The notes: generated by a model not told the origin, from the sequence alone. 64,000 nt of DNA from an uncultured Methanosarcinales archaeon (GCA_964637115.1 CAZWVL010000002.1:1-64000); one strand, 5' to 3'; shown: positions 18,930-28,768, counted from the stretch's first letter. Numbers and translations are program-made.

Positions 18930-20038
18930 TGTAAAACTCCATCAAATTGTTTTGCAACAATAGACCATTCGTATCTCTGCTTTATCATTTTCTGGCCATT
19001 TTTGACAATTGTCTTGGCAAGTTTTTTGTTTTTTAAGAGCAACGTAATCTTGTCAGCAAGGTCTTCAGGATTATGCACCTTGCAGAACAAGCCGGTCTTT
19101 TTGTCAACAAGAAAATCGGGAATGCCACCAACAGAAGTGCCGATAATGGGAACCCCGCAAGCCAAGGCCTCAACAAAACTGTTGCCAAAGCCCTCGCTTA
19201 ATGAAGGACGGACAAAAACATCGGCAGAACTCACATATTTAGGCAAGTCGTTGTACGGGATCAAGCCCAAAAAGCGCACGTCATCAGCAACACCAAGCTC
19301 TCTCGCAAGAGATTTTAATTTATCCTCATCCTCACCTGTTCCGCAGACGACTAAAACAGAAGGAATTTTCTTTTGAACAAGTGCAAATGCCCTGATAAGA
19401 TCATCAACAGCATTCTTGTGCGTTAGTCTGGAAACGGTAATGATAACTTTCTTTTTGTCAGCATTCCAGTCCCGGCGTATTTTTTTAACATTCGCGCCTT
19501 TTTTCGTGAAAGCTTGAGTATCAACACCATTTGGAATAATTGTTATATTATATGATGGAACGCCGTGAGCGATTGCACGATTTTTCAAATACTTGCTTAA
19601 AACAACATACTGCGGTTTTTTGCCATACACCCAATTATACAGAAAATAGAACGGTCCAAGCTTCTGCTTTATCCACTCTTCAGTATCACCGCTCTGCAAA
19701 TTAATGATGCATTTAGCACCCTGCATTTTTGCAACAACACGGGCAGCAAGAGCAGCCTGATTTTCCAGCAAGCCAAACACAATATCTGCCCTATGGAAGA
19801 GACCGTACAGAATCGCGCACGGCAAAAAAAGTAATTTGTCAAGCCACTGAATGCCAAAACCAAGACGGTGAATTGAGATGCCATCGATAACATCTGTTGA
19901 CGGTAACATTTTCATACGAGCAGTGACGACTTGAAATTCATATTTGTCCTTCAAACGGGCCATAACTTCGCGAACTGCAATCTCTGCACCACCCACAAAA
20001 GGAAAGTATGCCAATGTGAAAATAAGAACCTTCCTCAT
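18926..20038 (-). CDS. Glycosyltransferase family 4
   Basis: YFPFVGGAE, VSRLTHKNA and SLSEGFGNSFVEA. Confidence 0.85.
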   Translation of the reverse strand: MRKVLIFTLAYFPFVGGAEIAVREVMARLKDKYEFQVVTARMKMLPSTDVIDGISIHRLGFGIQWLDKLLFLPCAILYGLFHRADIVFGLLENQAALAARVVAKMQGAKCIINLQSGDTEEWIKQKLGPFYFLYNWVYGKKPQYVVLSKYLKNRAIAHGVPSYNITIIPNGVDTQAFTKKGANVKKIRRDWNADKKKVIITVSRLTHKNAVDDLIRAFALVQKKIPSVLVVCGTGEDEDKLKSLARELGVADDVRFLGLIPYNDLPKYVSSADVFVRPSLSEGFGNSFVEALACGVPIIGTSVGGIPDFLVDKKTGLFCKVHNPEDLADKITLLLKNKKLAKTIVKNGQKMIKQRYEWSIVAKQFDGVLQ

Positions 20039-21090
20039 AGAGATTTTAGCACCTTTTCAAACTTGTCTGTTACTTTATTCCAATCAAACTTCTCGCGCAC
20101 AGTCTTTTGCAGGACTTTTCCAAGCTTTTCCCGCAGTTTTTCATCATTAACAAGCTTCTGAATGGCAGTTTTCAATTCGTGCACGCTTCCAGGGTGAACT
20201 AAAATACCGTTTTTACCATCCTGAATTATTTCACTTGTGCCGCCGACATCAGTAGCAATGGTGGCGAGACCCATTGCACCTCCTTCAAGAACGGCAGTAG
20301 GCAGGCCCTCACCATATGACGGATTGACAAGAATATCAGAAGCAGTAAGAATCTCTCTAACACCAGTAATGTCTTTTTCACCAACAAATTTTCCACCAAG
20401 TTTTCTCAATTCACTTTCATAAGGACCTTTTCCAATAATGACGACAGAAACTTTTATTCCTTTAACTGCCCTCAACAAATCCTGCACGCCTTTTTCCTGG
20501 ATAAGACGGCCAACATAAGCTATCTGAATGCCTTTATGCGCCTTACTGCCGGTAAAGAACTTGGTATCAACACCATTATACAAAACCTGGCAGCTTTTAG
20601 CTCCAAATTTCTTTGTAAAATCGCAAGATGCTTTTGAAACACCAGCAACTGTCGCATTCCGCATAATCCAACTGCCGGCAGTCGCATCGAAAGTTTTCGC
20701 GCCAATATTTACCAGAGGATTAGAGTATTTCACTTGAGCAGTGCCGTGCTCAACGTGCAGCCAAGGAATTCCTTTAGACTTCGCAATCATTCCGCCGGCA
20801 ACAGACAAAGGATAAAAACGCGTATGCGTGATAATAACGTCAGGCCTGCCAATCTTTTCCAATGCGTTCATAGCAAAAGGAACAGCCATCCTGCCAGGCA
20901 ACGGCTCAATTGCCGGAAAACGAATGACTTTGATACCATCAATTGTTTCCTCTGGCTTCATCCCTTTGAGACGAGAAGTGACAACCCAGACCTTGTGCCT
21001 CTTAGCCAAACGCTTGCCGGTCTGGTAAACATAATTTTCAACACCGCCCCTGTGCGGCAGAAAATACGACGAGAAAATCACTATCTTCAT
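20035..21090 (-). CDS. Glycosyltransferase family 4
   Basis: PHRGGVE, VGRLIQEKG and SYGEGLPTAVLEG. Confidence 0.85.
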   Translation of the reverse strand: MKIVIFSSYFLPHRGGVENYVYQTGKRLAKRHKVWVVTSRLKGMKPEETIDGIKVIRFPAIEPLPGRMAVPFAMNALEKIGRPDVIITHTRFYPLSVAGGMIAKSKGIPWLHVEHGTAQVKYSNPLVNIGAKTFDATAGSWIMRNATVAGVSKASCDFTKKFGAKSCQVLYNGVDTKFFTGSKAHKGIQIAYVGRLIQEKGVQDLLRAVKGIKVSVVIIGKGPYESELRKLGGKFVGEKDITGVREILTASDILVNPSYGEGLPTAVLEGGAMGLATIATDVGGTSEIIQDGKNGILVHPGSVHELKTAIQKLVNDEKLREKLGKVLQKTVREKFDWNKVTDKFEKVLKSL

Positions 21091-21410
21091 TTTTTCAGGG
21101 AAATTTCCCTCACCAGCTTCGTAATCTCGCGCTCGAGCTTGTCAATTTTCATATTAAGCTGGAAGACCATGTAAAACAATATCAAAACCGCAATATACAC
21201 CACCATATCAATGCCCCTGCCAACACCAATCGGCCTAGACAAAGCATCGATAAAAGGAGTAGCAAATACAACAACTAAAACGGCAAACCAAATCAGGAAC
21301 CAAAATAAAGTTGTCCTGCCCGGAATCTTGTTTTTCTTCCATAAAACCAGAACGCGAGCTATGTGAATAACCGCAACAACCAACGCCACAATTTGAATCG
21401 GCTGCATCAT
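21087..21410 (-). CDS. DUF2304-family membrane protein
   Basis: Three TM helices with IGVGRGIDMVVY and KLEREITKLVRE; follows a GT2, the usual arrangement. Confidence 0.8.
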   Translation of the reverse strand: MMQPIQIVALVVAVIHIARVLVLWKKNKIPGRTTLFWFLIWFAVLVVVFATPFIDALSRPIGVGRGIDMVVYIAVLILFYMVFQLNMKIDKLEREITKLVREISLKK

Positions 21411-22081
21411 TTTGTAAACTTATGCACCATCATCTTGTAAAAGATTTTCACGGCATTTAAACTGCTCTGACCGTGCGCCTGACTGTAAGCCGTATATCTG
21501 ATAATAACAGGAACTTCAACATATTTCAAATGATGGCGCCTGATTTCAGACAAAATCTCGCTCGCGTGCTCCATCTGATCCATAGTAATCTCAATCTGCT
21601 CTGCTGCGTGCCTGGACAATGCGCGAAAGCCATTATGCACATCAGTCAAGCTGATGCCGTAAAAAAGCCAGACCAACAAAATGCCACCTTTCAACATAAT
21701 CTTTCTGAAAAAAGGCACATTAGATCCTGATTTCAGAAAACGACTGCCAAGAGCAACATCAACCTCTCCATTTTTCACAGGCGCGATCAAAACAGGAATG
21801 TCCTCAACACGATGCTGGCCATCAGCATCAAAAGTAACAACAATATCAGCACCTTCATTCAAGGCAAAATCAATGCCAGTTTTCAAAGCAGCACCCTGGC
21901 CCCTGTTGATGACGTGCTTGACAACGTTCTTTGTATGCTGTTTTGCAATCCTGGAAGTATCATCAACAGAGCCATCATCTACCACAACCACGTTTTTGTA
22001 GCCGGCCTTTACAAGCTCTTTAAGAACAGCGCCTATGCTGTGTTCTTCATTATACGCGGCGATAACTATCCATACGTGCAT
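21407..22081 (-). CDS. Glycosyltransferase family 2 (Dol-P-Man synthase-like)
   Basis: IAAYNEE, VDDGSVD, NRGQGAAL, TFDADGQH and TDVHNGFR. Confidence 0.9.
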   Translation of the reverse strand: MHVWIVIAAYNEEHSIGAVLKELVKAGYKNVVVVDDGSVDDTSRIAKQHTKNVVKHVINRGQGAALKTGIDFALNEGADIVVTFDADGQHRVEDIPVLIAPVKNGEVDVALGSRFLKSGSNVPFFRKIMLKGGILLVWLFYGISLTDVHNGFRALSRHAAEQIEITMDQMEHASEILSEIRRHHLKYVEVPVIIRYTAYSQAHGQSSLNAVKIFYKMMVHKFTK

Positions 22082-22129
22082 ACGCTTAGAACAATAATTT
22101 GGCTTTATAAACCTTTAGAACTACATGTA

Positions 22130-25100
22130 CTACAACAATGCTTCAACACGAATCTTAAAGTGCAAAGTTTTATTGCCCAAGAGGTGCTTTGAAGGATCAG
22201 TGCCATAAGCTTCTTCAGGCGGAATAACAATGGTCTTCGTCTCGCCTTTCTTCATTCCCTGAATCCGCTTATCAAAACCAGGAATAACCTTGCCAGCACC
22301 AGAAACGAACGACAAAGGCTTCGCATTAAAATCCTCAAACTTTGAATCAGGAGTGACGTTCAACAATTTCCAGTTTTCTATGCTGCTGTCAAACACCTCA
22401 TTGTCATCAGTCCAGCCAATATAATGAACTGAAACCTTCGCTCCTGGCTCAACGCTGCTCTTCGGCTCAAGCTCTTTTGGAACATATGCTTCTGAACCTT
22501 CCCAATCAACCTTGTAAGCGTAAATATTGCCGCCAATCAACTGACGGTCTTCAGCAAATGGTTTGAAGTGCTTCAAGCCAAGACCTTTCATAAAGAACAT
22601 TCTAGTAAACATACTGTCAGCAAGCTCTGCATTCGCAGCAATCGCACTCACGCCACCTTCTGTTGGCCACATAACAACTATCAGTCCAGCGTTTCCATTC
22701 GGCACTTCCACAATTTGCTTTTCACCATTTGAATTGTAAATGATAACTTTGCCGGCACGAGCAACACCCTGCTGTATGCGTATTTCAGCATACTTGGTTG
22801 TCAAGTTAACAGCAATATTTCCGCCACAACGCGCAGTATCTCCGGAAACAGAACAAGAACTCGCATCTGATGCCAAATAACCAGGCCATGAACTAATCCA
22901 AGCATTAGCTGTATCTTCTGAAGTCAAAGCATTAGCTTCATTGTAAATGCGCTTCGCCTCTTCTTCAGTCCAATTAAAGCGCTTAACCATCTGCGGCACT
23001 GCCTCACTTTCATCCATCAACCGCCATTTCTGCCAGACCTCTGCTTTGTCAAACGTCCACATGCCAAAGTGCGCCCAGACACCAGCTTTTCCAATCATAT
23101 CAGCACTGGCAATAAAGAAATCTTCAGGAGGACTGCAATGCGTGTACTTCAAAATTTCTTCAGAAACACCGGCAGATTTTGCAGTCTGCGCAGCAGAATC
23201 CTTGTCCTGCATAATAATATCCTTAACTAATTTGATAGAGACAACAGGATCCTGAGTTGCATTCAATGCGAAATCATAGGCAGAATTTGCACCGCAATCA
23301 AGCATTCGCAAAATTCCAACTGCCTCTTTTTCATTATCAGTTTGCAGAGCGCGGCCAACCCAATGCGCCTGGGGCGAGTTTTGAATAGCGCCGTCAGAAG
23401 TTGTCGCGCGGTCAGCAATGTACTTGAAATGATGGCCAAAGTCCCACCACGAGTTGATAATAGCATTCGGCTGGCTGTTGTCCTTAATCTTTGTCAGCAC
23501 ACCCCACCACGCGTCATTAACAAGAGGGATATCATTAACAACACTGCCGTATGAATTTTGCACCATGTGAGCGCCTGAAACAGCAGGATTCACAATTATC
23601 ACTCCCATGACAACAATGACGACAATACTGGTGATAGTCTTGCCTAGATGCAGGCTTCTTTCGCCAAAAGCAGACAAGCGCTGCGCAAGCAAGCCGGCAG
23701 CAGCGCCAAAAGCAACTGCAAAAGCAGGGCCAAGAAGCAAAGTGAAACGTAAACCCTTCAAAGAAGCATAAATCGTGCCAATAAACCATAACGTCAACAA
23801 TGCAGTGTAAGTAACGTCAATTTTGCCGTGCTCATCGCGTTTTAGCAATAAAAGCAGGATGCCTAGCATGGCAATAACAAACATCAACGTACCGCCAATG
23901 GAGGCGATTACCTGGCTGAAGCTTGCCGGATTCAATTCCGCAACAGTTGTGTATACGTTAGGCCACAAGTTGGGCAAGGAGGCGGATTTGATTATGGTGA
24001 AGCTCAGCGCGCCCCTGAACGCACCTTCAATAAAACTAGTGAAACCAATCGTTAACGAACAAAACACAGCTGACGACGCAAAGAATGCCACACCAATCGT
24101 GATAAATTTCTTAATGCGCGAATGATGCCAGAGAGTGCCCTCCTTCAACTGCTGCAGATGTGTAAAGATTTCGAACACAACAGCAACCGCAAATGCGCCG
24201 AGAACAAAATCAAAAACATACCACCAGCCGCTCCACAAATTTGAAAATACTGCAAGCGTAAGACCAGTGAGCACACCAAACAATGCCTGCTTTTTCAACG
24301 ATGATGCGCTCAATGCGATAAATAACAAGTAAACAGCCAATGTTGGGAAAAATACGTTGTACGCATCTGTATCAAAGTGGCCCCAAGGAGTCCTGCCCAT
24401 CACTGCAGGCATAACAGCAAGCACAGTTACTGCAAAAAATCCACCAATATTGCCGGAAACTTTCTGTGCGATAAAGAAAACAAAAATTAAAGACAAAAAT
24501 ATGAACACAATCGGGAAATAATTGGAAGACTGCATCAAAGTAATACGGCTGTCAAATAATTTCATGATTTTAAACAGAACAACGGCCACATACGGATGCC
24601 AGTTCTTGTCGGCTGGCAAGCCCAATGGAGCCATCATATGATCATCCCATGGCTGGCCGTCCTTCAGTATATCATATGCGTGTCCTTTCTCAACAATATT
24701 ACGAGCATATCTCAAGTAGAAGTACGGGTCAATGTCAGGCATATAACCGAACTTTCTGCCGTCAGACTCATACTGATAATGATCTCTTATTTGATCTGCG
24801 AGCTTTTTTTCCTCCTGAGCCAGCTGATCCTTGTTTTCGTCCTTGATTTTCTTCATCACATCATTGACGACTTTCACCTTATTCGCATCAGGAAGATTTG
24901 GATACTGCTGATTTGCGATGACAGAGGCCTGCTGCCTCAGATAATTATCAACGCTTGATGCAGCAGCAGAATCAGCAATAGGCAGATCACTAGATTGCAT
25001 TCGAATCCATATTCCGCCCCACGGATAATTACCGCCCGGATTAGGAATAAATTGCAGGATGAGCACTAATAATAGTGTAAGCAATACGGCATGCTTCTTG

Positions 25101-25156
25101 GAGAATGAAATGATCTTCTGGACTTGGGAAGTTCCCCCGCTGCTTTGCTCTTCCAT
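22130..25156 (-). CDS. aglB: Oligosaccharyltransferase AglB/STT3 with a fused C-terminal FKBP-type PPIase domain
   Basis: DIDPYF, GHFDTD, TVAEL and SWWDFG STT3 motifs; last ~108 aa are FKBP-like (VSVHYIG..VFDSS..VIPGFDKRIQGMKKGE..IPPEEAYG); start set to ATG 25156. Confidence 0.9.
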   Translation of the reverse strand: MEEQSSGGTSQVQKIISFSKKHAVLLTLLLVLILQFIPNPGGNYPWGGIWIRMQSSDLPIADSAAASSVDNYLRQQASVIANQQYPNLPDANKVKVVNDVMKKIKDENKDQLAQEEKKLADQIRDHYQYESDGRKFGYMPDIDPYFYLRYARNIVEKGHAYDILKDGQPWDDHMMAPLGLPADKNWHPYVAVVLFKIMKLFDSRITLMQSSNYFPIVFIFLSLIFVFFIAQKVSGNIGGFFAVTVLAVMPAVMGRTPWGHFDTDAYNVFFPTLAVYLLFIALSASSLKKQALFGVLTGLTLAVFSNLWSGWWYVFDFVLGAFAVAVVFEIFTHLQQLKEGTLWHHSRIKKFITIGVAFFASSAVFCSLTIGFTSFIEGAFRGALSFTIIKSASLPNLWPNVYTTVAELNPASFSQVIASIGGTLMFVIAMLGILLLLLKRDEHGKIDVTYTALLTLWFIGTIYASLKGLRFTLLLGPAFAVAFGAAAGLLAQRLSAFGERSLHLGKTITSIVVIVVMGVIIVNPAVSGAHMVQNSYGSVVNDIPLVNDAWWGVLTKIKDNSQPNAIINSWWDFGHHFKYIADRATTSDGAIQNSPQAHWVGRALQTDNEKEAVGILRMLDCGANSAYDFALNATQDPVVSIKLVKDIIMQDKDSAAQTAKSAGVSEEILKYTHCSPPEDFFIASADMIGKAGVWAHFGMWTFDKAEVWQKWRLMDESEAVPQMVKRFNWTEEEAKRIYNEANALTSEDTANAWISSWPGYLASDASSCSVSGDTARCGGNIAVNLTTKYAEIRIQQGVARAGKVIIYNSNGEKQIVEVPNGNAGLIVVMWPTEGGVSAIAANAELADSMFTRMFFMKGLGLKHFKPFAEDRQLIGGNIYAYKVDWEGSEAYVPKELEPKSSVEPGAKVSVHYIGWTDDNEVFDSSIENWKLLNVTPDSKFEDFNAKPLSFVSGAGKVIPGFDKRIQGMKKGETKTIVIPPEEAYGTDPSKHLLGNKTLHFKIRVEALL

Positions 25157-25298
25157 GACGTGCAAAACCAGAGCACTGCTTAAAAAGTTTGTCATCACCA
25201 AATGTCGAACTAGTTGCCACTATAGAATAGCAACAGATAGAAAGTTTTAAATATCTCTTGCACTACGTCGATAATTAAGCTATATATAACGGGGGTTT

Positions 25299-26411
25299 AT
25301 GATGAGCATTTGGAAAAGTTTCAAGAATACAGTTCTCACAGGAGCATTACTTGCAGGTTCTCTATTTGCAACGCAAAAAGCATACTCACAAGACACTTAC
25401 AACGAGGACAACAAGCCGGCGAAAACAGAAAAAACCGCGCCAATACTCTCACTCACTGACGATAATATTGAAAGGAAAGTTGATGTTCTGCTTAGAGGCT
25501 CACTCCAGGCAAAAGCAGAAACAGATCCATTAGTTGACAGATTGTCAGCAAGCGCACAATTTGAATGGATGACAGGCAATCTTAGACCTTATCTTGGCAT
25601 CCAGGACGTCTTTGAAAAATGGGATAATATCGACGGAAGCAAGCTTGAAGTAAACTCTTTGCGCGAAATAGCAGCACTTGGCATATATTTGGAAAACACT
25701 CCGAAACAAGAAATATACCTGCGTGCTATTCTGGGAAACGAAAACAGCAAATTCAGCGACGCTATAAAAATGGATTCACAACGCTTGATTTATGGTGTAG
25801 AAGCAGGCCTTGCAAGCGTAGAAAAAGGATACAAACTACTCGCAAAATTCTACAAAGGAAACGGAAAGTTTGACGCAGAACTTGAAAGCGGCTTTGAAAT
25901 CGACGGAGATTTGGATACAACATATGCAGGTCTTGAAGGCAGATTTGCACTTAGTCGCGAGGGAAAAAGGCGCTCAGGAAGCTCAGAATTCGACAAACGC
26001 CAGGATGAAAGAGAAGCAAACTTCACACTTGACCTTCTTGCAGACGTGTACTGGAACAGAAACGAGTTTGTTGAACTTGAACAAGACGACACAATACAAT
26101 TCAAGCTTGGGCCATCATTCACGTGGAATTACCGCGATGAAAAAGGAAATGGCGGCATATGGAATTTGACAACATATGGTGTCTACAAGAATCTCGAAAC
26201 AGAAAGCGGAATTTCACTGAGACAAACACAGACAACAACTATGGGCGGTGGTGCTACATTTACCTATTCACCAACTCCACACTGGAGCTTATCCGTACTG
26301 CTTGGCGTCAACAAAAGCAAGCAAACAATCGACGATCCAGGTCAAAACTTTGACCGAACAGAAACAAGGAGCGGCGTTACTGCAGCCTTTATCATCAGAT
26401 ATGATTTTTAG
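25299..26411 (+). CDS. Secreted all-beta protein resembling an outer-membrane beta-barrel
   Basis: Sec-type signal peptide (AYS|Q), about 14-16 alternating-hydrophobicity strands and a C-terminal ...FIIRYDF beta-signal-like end. Confidence 0.6.
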   Translation: MMSIWKSFKNTVLTGALLAGSLFATQKAYSQDTYNEDNKPAKTEKTAPILSLTDDNIERKVDVLLRGSLQAKAETDPLVDRLSASAQFEWMTGNLRPYLGIQDVFEKWDNIDGSKLEVNSLREIAALGIYLENTPKQEIYLRAILGNENSKFSDAIKMDSQRLIYGVEAGLASVEKGYKLLAKFYKGNGKFDAELESGFEIDGDLDTTYAGLEGRFALSREGKRRSGSSEFDKRQDEREANFTLDLLADVYWNRNEFVELEQDDTIQFKLGPSFTWNYRDEKGNGGIWNLTTYGVYKNLETESGISLRQTQTTTMGGGATFTYSPTPHWSLSVLLGVNKSKQTIDDPGQNFDRTETRSGVTAAFIIRYDF

Positions 26412-26483
26412 GCAAACTTTTAAATATTAGTGCCACTCTACAGTAGATATAAAGCGTTTGACGCTCATATCGGGGGGATTACA

Positions 26484-27560
26484 ATGAAAGGAATATACGG
26501 AGCATTGCTCGCAGCAGGATTAAGCGTTTTCAACTACGGATGCGCAGTACAAAAGGATTCTAAATTAGAACAGAAAGCAGCTGTAGTCCAGAAAGCTGAA
26601 CAAGACTCATATTCTGCAAAAGGCAACCAAGAAAAAGTCGTATATCTCCGCGATCAGCTCAAAGCAGTCAAGAAAGACGGCGTTGTAAACCCTAATGAAA
26701 TTTCTACAATTGAAACAACTGTTGCACGTGCAGAACAAGTGAGCAAATCACTCAAAGGCGAAGATGCAATCAGCAAAGCAGTAAAAGCAGAAGCAGAATC
26801 AATTGCAAAAGACGGCAATCAGTATAAAACGGACCTTCTCAACAGCAAACAGCTTGAAGTATATGCAGTTGTTCTCTATCAGGAACAACCTGGCAATCCA
26901 GCATCAAGCGTTAAAGCAATGGGTGTTAATGAAAACGATCACATGAAGCTTGAAGGCATATGTGCAGAGCAATCAACAGTGCTTGGCTTCAGCGCAGAAA
27001 AGGCATTTGCAAAACGTTCAACCAAGGACAGCTGGGGATATTCAAGAGATACAAAGCTCGGCCTAAGTAAAGAGGATTATCTGCGTTTGTCAAAAGAAGA
27101 GATAAAAGCAATCGAAGCAAGACAACAGGATTTTCTTGGCAGTGTTACCTGGGTAGAAAATCCAGAAAAATTAGCACAATACTTCCCGGGAAAGAAATTA
27201 TCCTGCTCAGTGGATGCAGATACATTCAGCGAAAAGCGCTACAACGATGCTCTCGCAAAAGGCAAAATCCTTAGAGTCGGAGTTCAGTATGTACTGAGAA
27301 CTCTTGAGCCAACAAAGAAAGAAAAGAAAGACAAGAAAACAGAAGCTCCTAAAGTAGAAGCACCAAAAGCAGTAGAAGCGCCAAAAATAGACGACGCTGC
27401 TGCAAAAGCTGCTGCTGAAAAAGCAAAAGCAGACTCTGAAGCAAGAGCAGCTGCAGAAAGAAAAGCAGCAGAAGCAAGAGCAACTGCAGAAAAATCAGCT
27501 GCTGAGAAAGCCAAGAAAGTAAAAGACCTCGGCGACATCGACACATACGTTGAGAAGTAA
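26484..27560 (+). CDS. Lipoprotein with a TolA-like Ala/Lys/Glu-rich C-terminal helix
   Basis: Lipobox-like NYGC; three EAPK repeats then AAAKAAAEKAK...; G-rich SD; start set to ATG 26484. Confidence 0.7.
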   Translation: MKGIYGALLAAGLSVFNYGCAVQKDSKLEQKAAVVQKAEQDSYSAKGNQEKVVYLRDQLKAVKKDGVVNPNEISTIETTVARAEQVSKSLKGEDAISKAVKAEAESIAKDGNQYKTDLLNSKQLEVYAVVLYQEQPGNPASSVKAMGVNENDHMKLEGICAEQSTVLGFSAEKAFAKRSTKDSWGYSRDTKLGLSKEDYLRLSKEEIKAIEARQQDFLGSVTWVENPEKLAQYFPGKKLSCSVDADTFSEKRYNDALAKGKILRVGVQYVLRTLEPTKKEKKDKKTEAPKVEAPKAVEAPKIDDAAAKAAAEKAKADSEARAAAERKAAEARATAEKSAAEKAKKVKDLGDIDTYVEK

Positions 27561-27600
27561 TTTTTAATTTTTTTATCAATTATAAAAAGGGAAAAACCAA

Positions 27601-28698
27601 ATGAAACCAACCAAAACACTACCATTCATTTCTATGCTTTTGATAGCAGCAATGATAACTGCACCATTCATCTTCGCATTCGAAGGCGGCTTTGACAGCA
27701 GCTTCTTCACAGGCGGTTCTTATGGCGGAACAGATTCGAGCGCGTTCTCAGGCGGCTCTTATGGAGGCCAAGATCCAAGTGCTTTCTCAGGCGGTTCATT
27801 CGGAGGAACTGACCCAAGCGCGTTCTCAGGCGGTTCTTATGGCGGAACTGATCCAAGTGCATTCTCGGGCGGTTTATATGGCGGAACTGATCCGAGTGCA
27901 TTTTCGGGCGGCTCAGAAACAGGAACTGGAAGCACATCAGGCAGCATAACAGGCGGAACAACTGGAGGCAGCTTTGACGGACCAGGCAGCATAGGATTCC
28001 CAGGCGGAGACCTGCCAGGCGGACCAGCACCAGGACCAGGACCAGGATTCCCATCAGAACACGACGCAGTATGGCAAGATTTGCCAGATAAAACAATCCT
28101 GCGCGGCAGTCCATCAGGCACGCTCATACAAGAAAACGTATTTGACAAGTGCACAGACCCAGACAGCGACACATTATTCTTTGAAATAACAAGCACATCA
28201 ACACATTATGAATTATTCTTCTTCGCAAACGACATCAGAATCTTTTTCCTTGATCCAGGTTTTGTAGGCAGTGAAACGGCTGTTGTAACCTGCAACGGAG
28301 TGCCGGAAAGCTTCTTACTGCACGTTGTTGAAAGAGGAGCATCAATACAAACACTGGAAGATGAAGATGACAGACTCAGTGTGCACATCGGCGCTATTAT
28401 AATACCAAACGCATACGATGCGCAAGCAGGAGATGTTGTTCCTGTCACAATCTCATTCAAAAACAATGGTGACGAGAAGCTCGAAAACCTGAAAGCAGCT
28501 GTCGCAATTCCAGACCTTGGTGTAAAAGCATCAGTAGGGCCAATGGAAGATCTGCCAGTAGGCAAGCGCGTCAGCAAGACTGTTTATATCGAACTTCCAG
28601 AAGATGCCAAAGAAGGCATGTACTATGCACGCATAACGATTGACAGCGGCTCATTACACCGCGTCAAGCACCGCGATGTTGAAGTCATCGTGCAATAA
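27601..28698 (+). CDS. Secreted protein: Gly/Ser/aromatic tandem repeats, cadherin-like module and CARDB-like Ig domain
   Basis: Signal peptide, about six 13-aa repeats, DPDSD motif and VPVTISFKNNGDEKLENL. Confidence 0.75.
   Translation: MKPTKTLPFISMLLIAAMITAPFIFAFEGGFDSSFFTGGSYGGTDSSAFSGGSYGGQDPSAFSGGSFGGTDPSAFSGGSYGGTDPSAFSGGLYGGTDPSAFSGGSETGTGSTSGSITGGTTGGSFDGPGSIGFPGGDLPGGPAPGPGPGFPSEHDAVWQDLPDKTILRGSPSGTLIQENVFDKCTDPDSDTLFFEITSTSTHYELFFFANDIRIFFLDPGFVGSETAVVTCNGVPESFLLHVVERGASIQTLEDEDDRLSVHIGAIIIPNAYDAQAGDVVPVTISFKNNGDEKLENLKAAVAIPDLGVKASVGPMEDLPVGKRVSKTVYIELPEDAKEGMYYARITIDSGSLHRVKHRDVEVIVQ
27694..27927 (+). repeat. In-frame 39-bp tandem repeat (about 6 copies) encoding DPSAFSGGSYGGT
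   Basis: Read directly from the DNA and the translation; synonymous differences between copies. Confidence 0.9.
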
Positions 28699-28754
28699 TA
28701 TAGAAACCAACGCCAAACGCAGTTTGGCGAGGTCTCGAAATCCTTACGGATATC

Positions 28755-28768
28755 GAAACCTTTATATA
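28755..28768 (+). promoter_or_regulatory. BRE-TATA promoter of the S-layer-like gene
   Basis: GAAACC TTTATATA about 100 nt before ATG 28870. Confidence 0.55.

Noticed and set aside
27694-27927. 39-bp repeats as a possible CRISPR array
   Set aside because: The copies are contiguous with no unique spacers, stay in frame and vary at synonymous sites; no cas genes are present.
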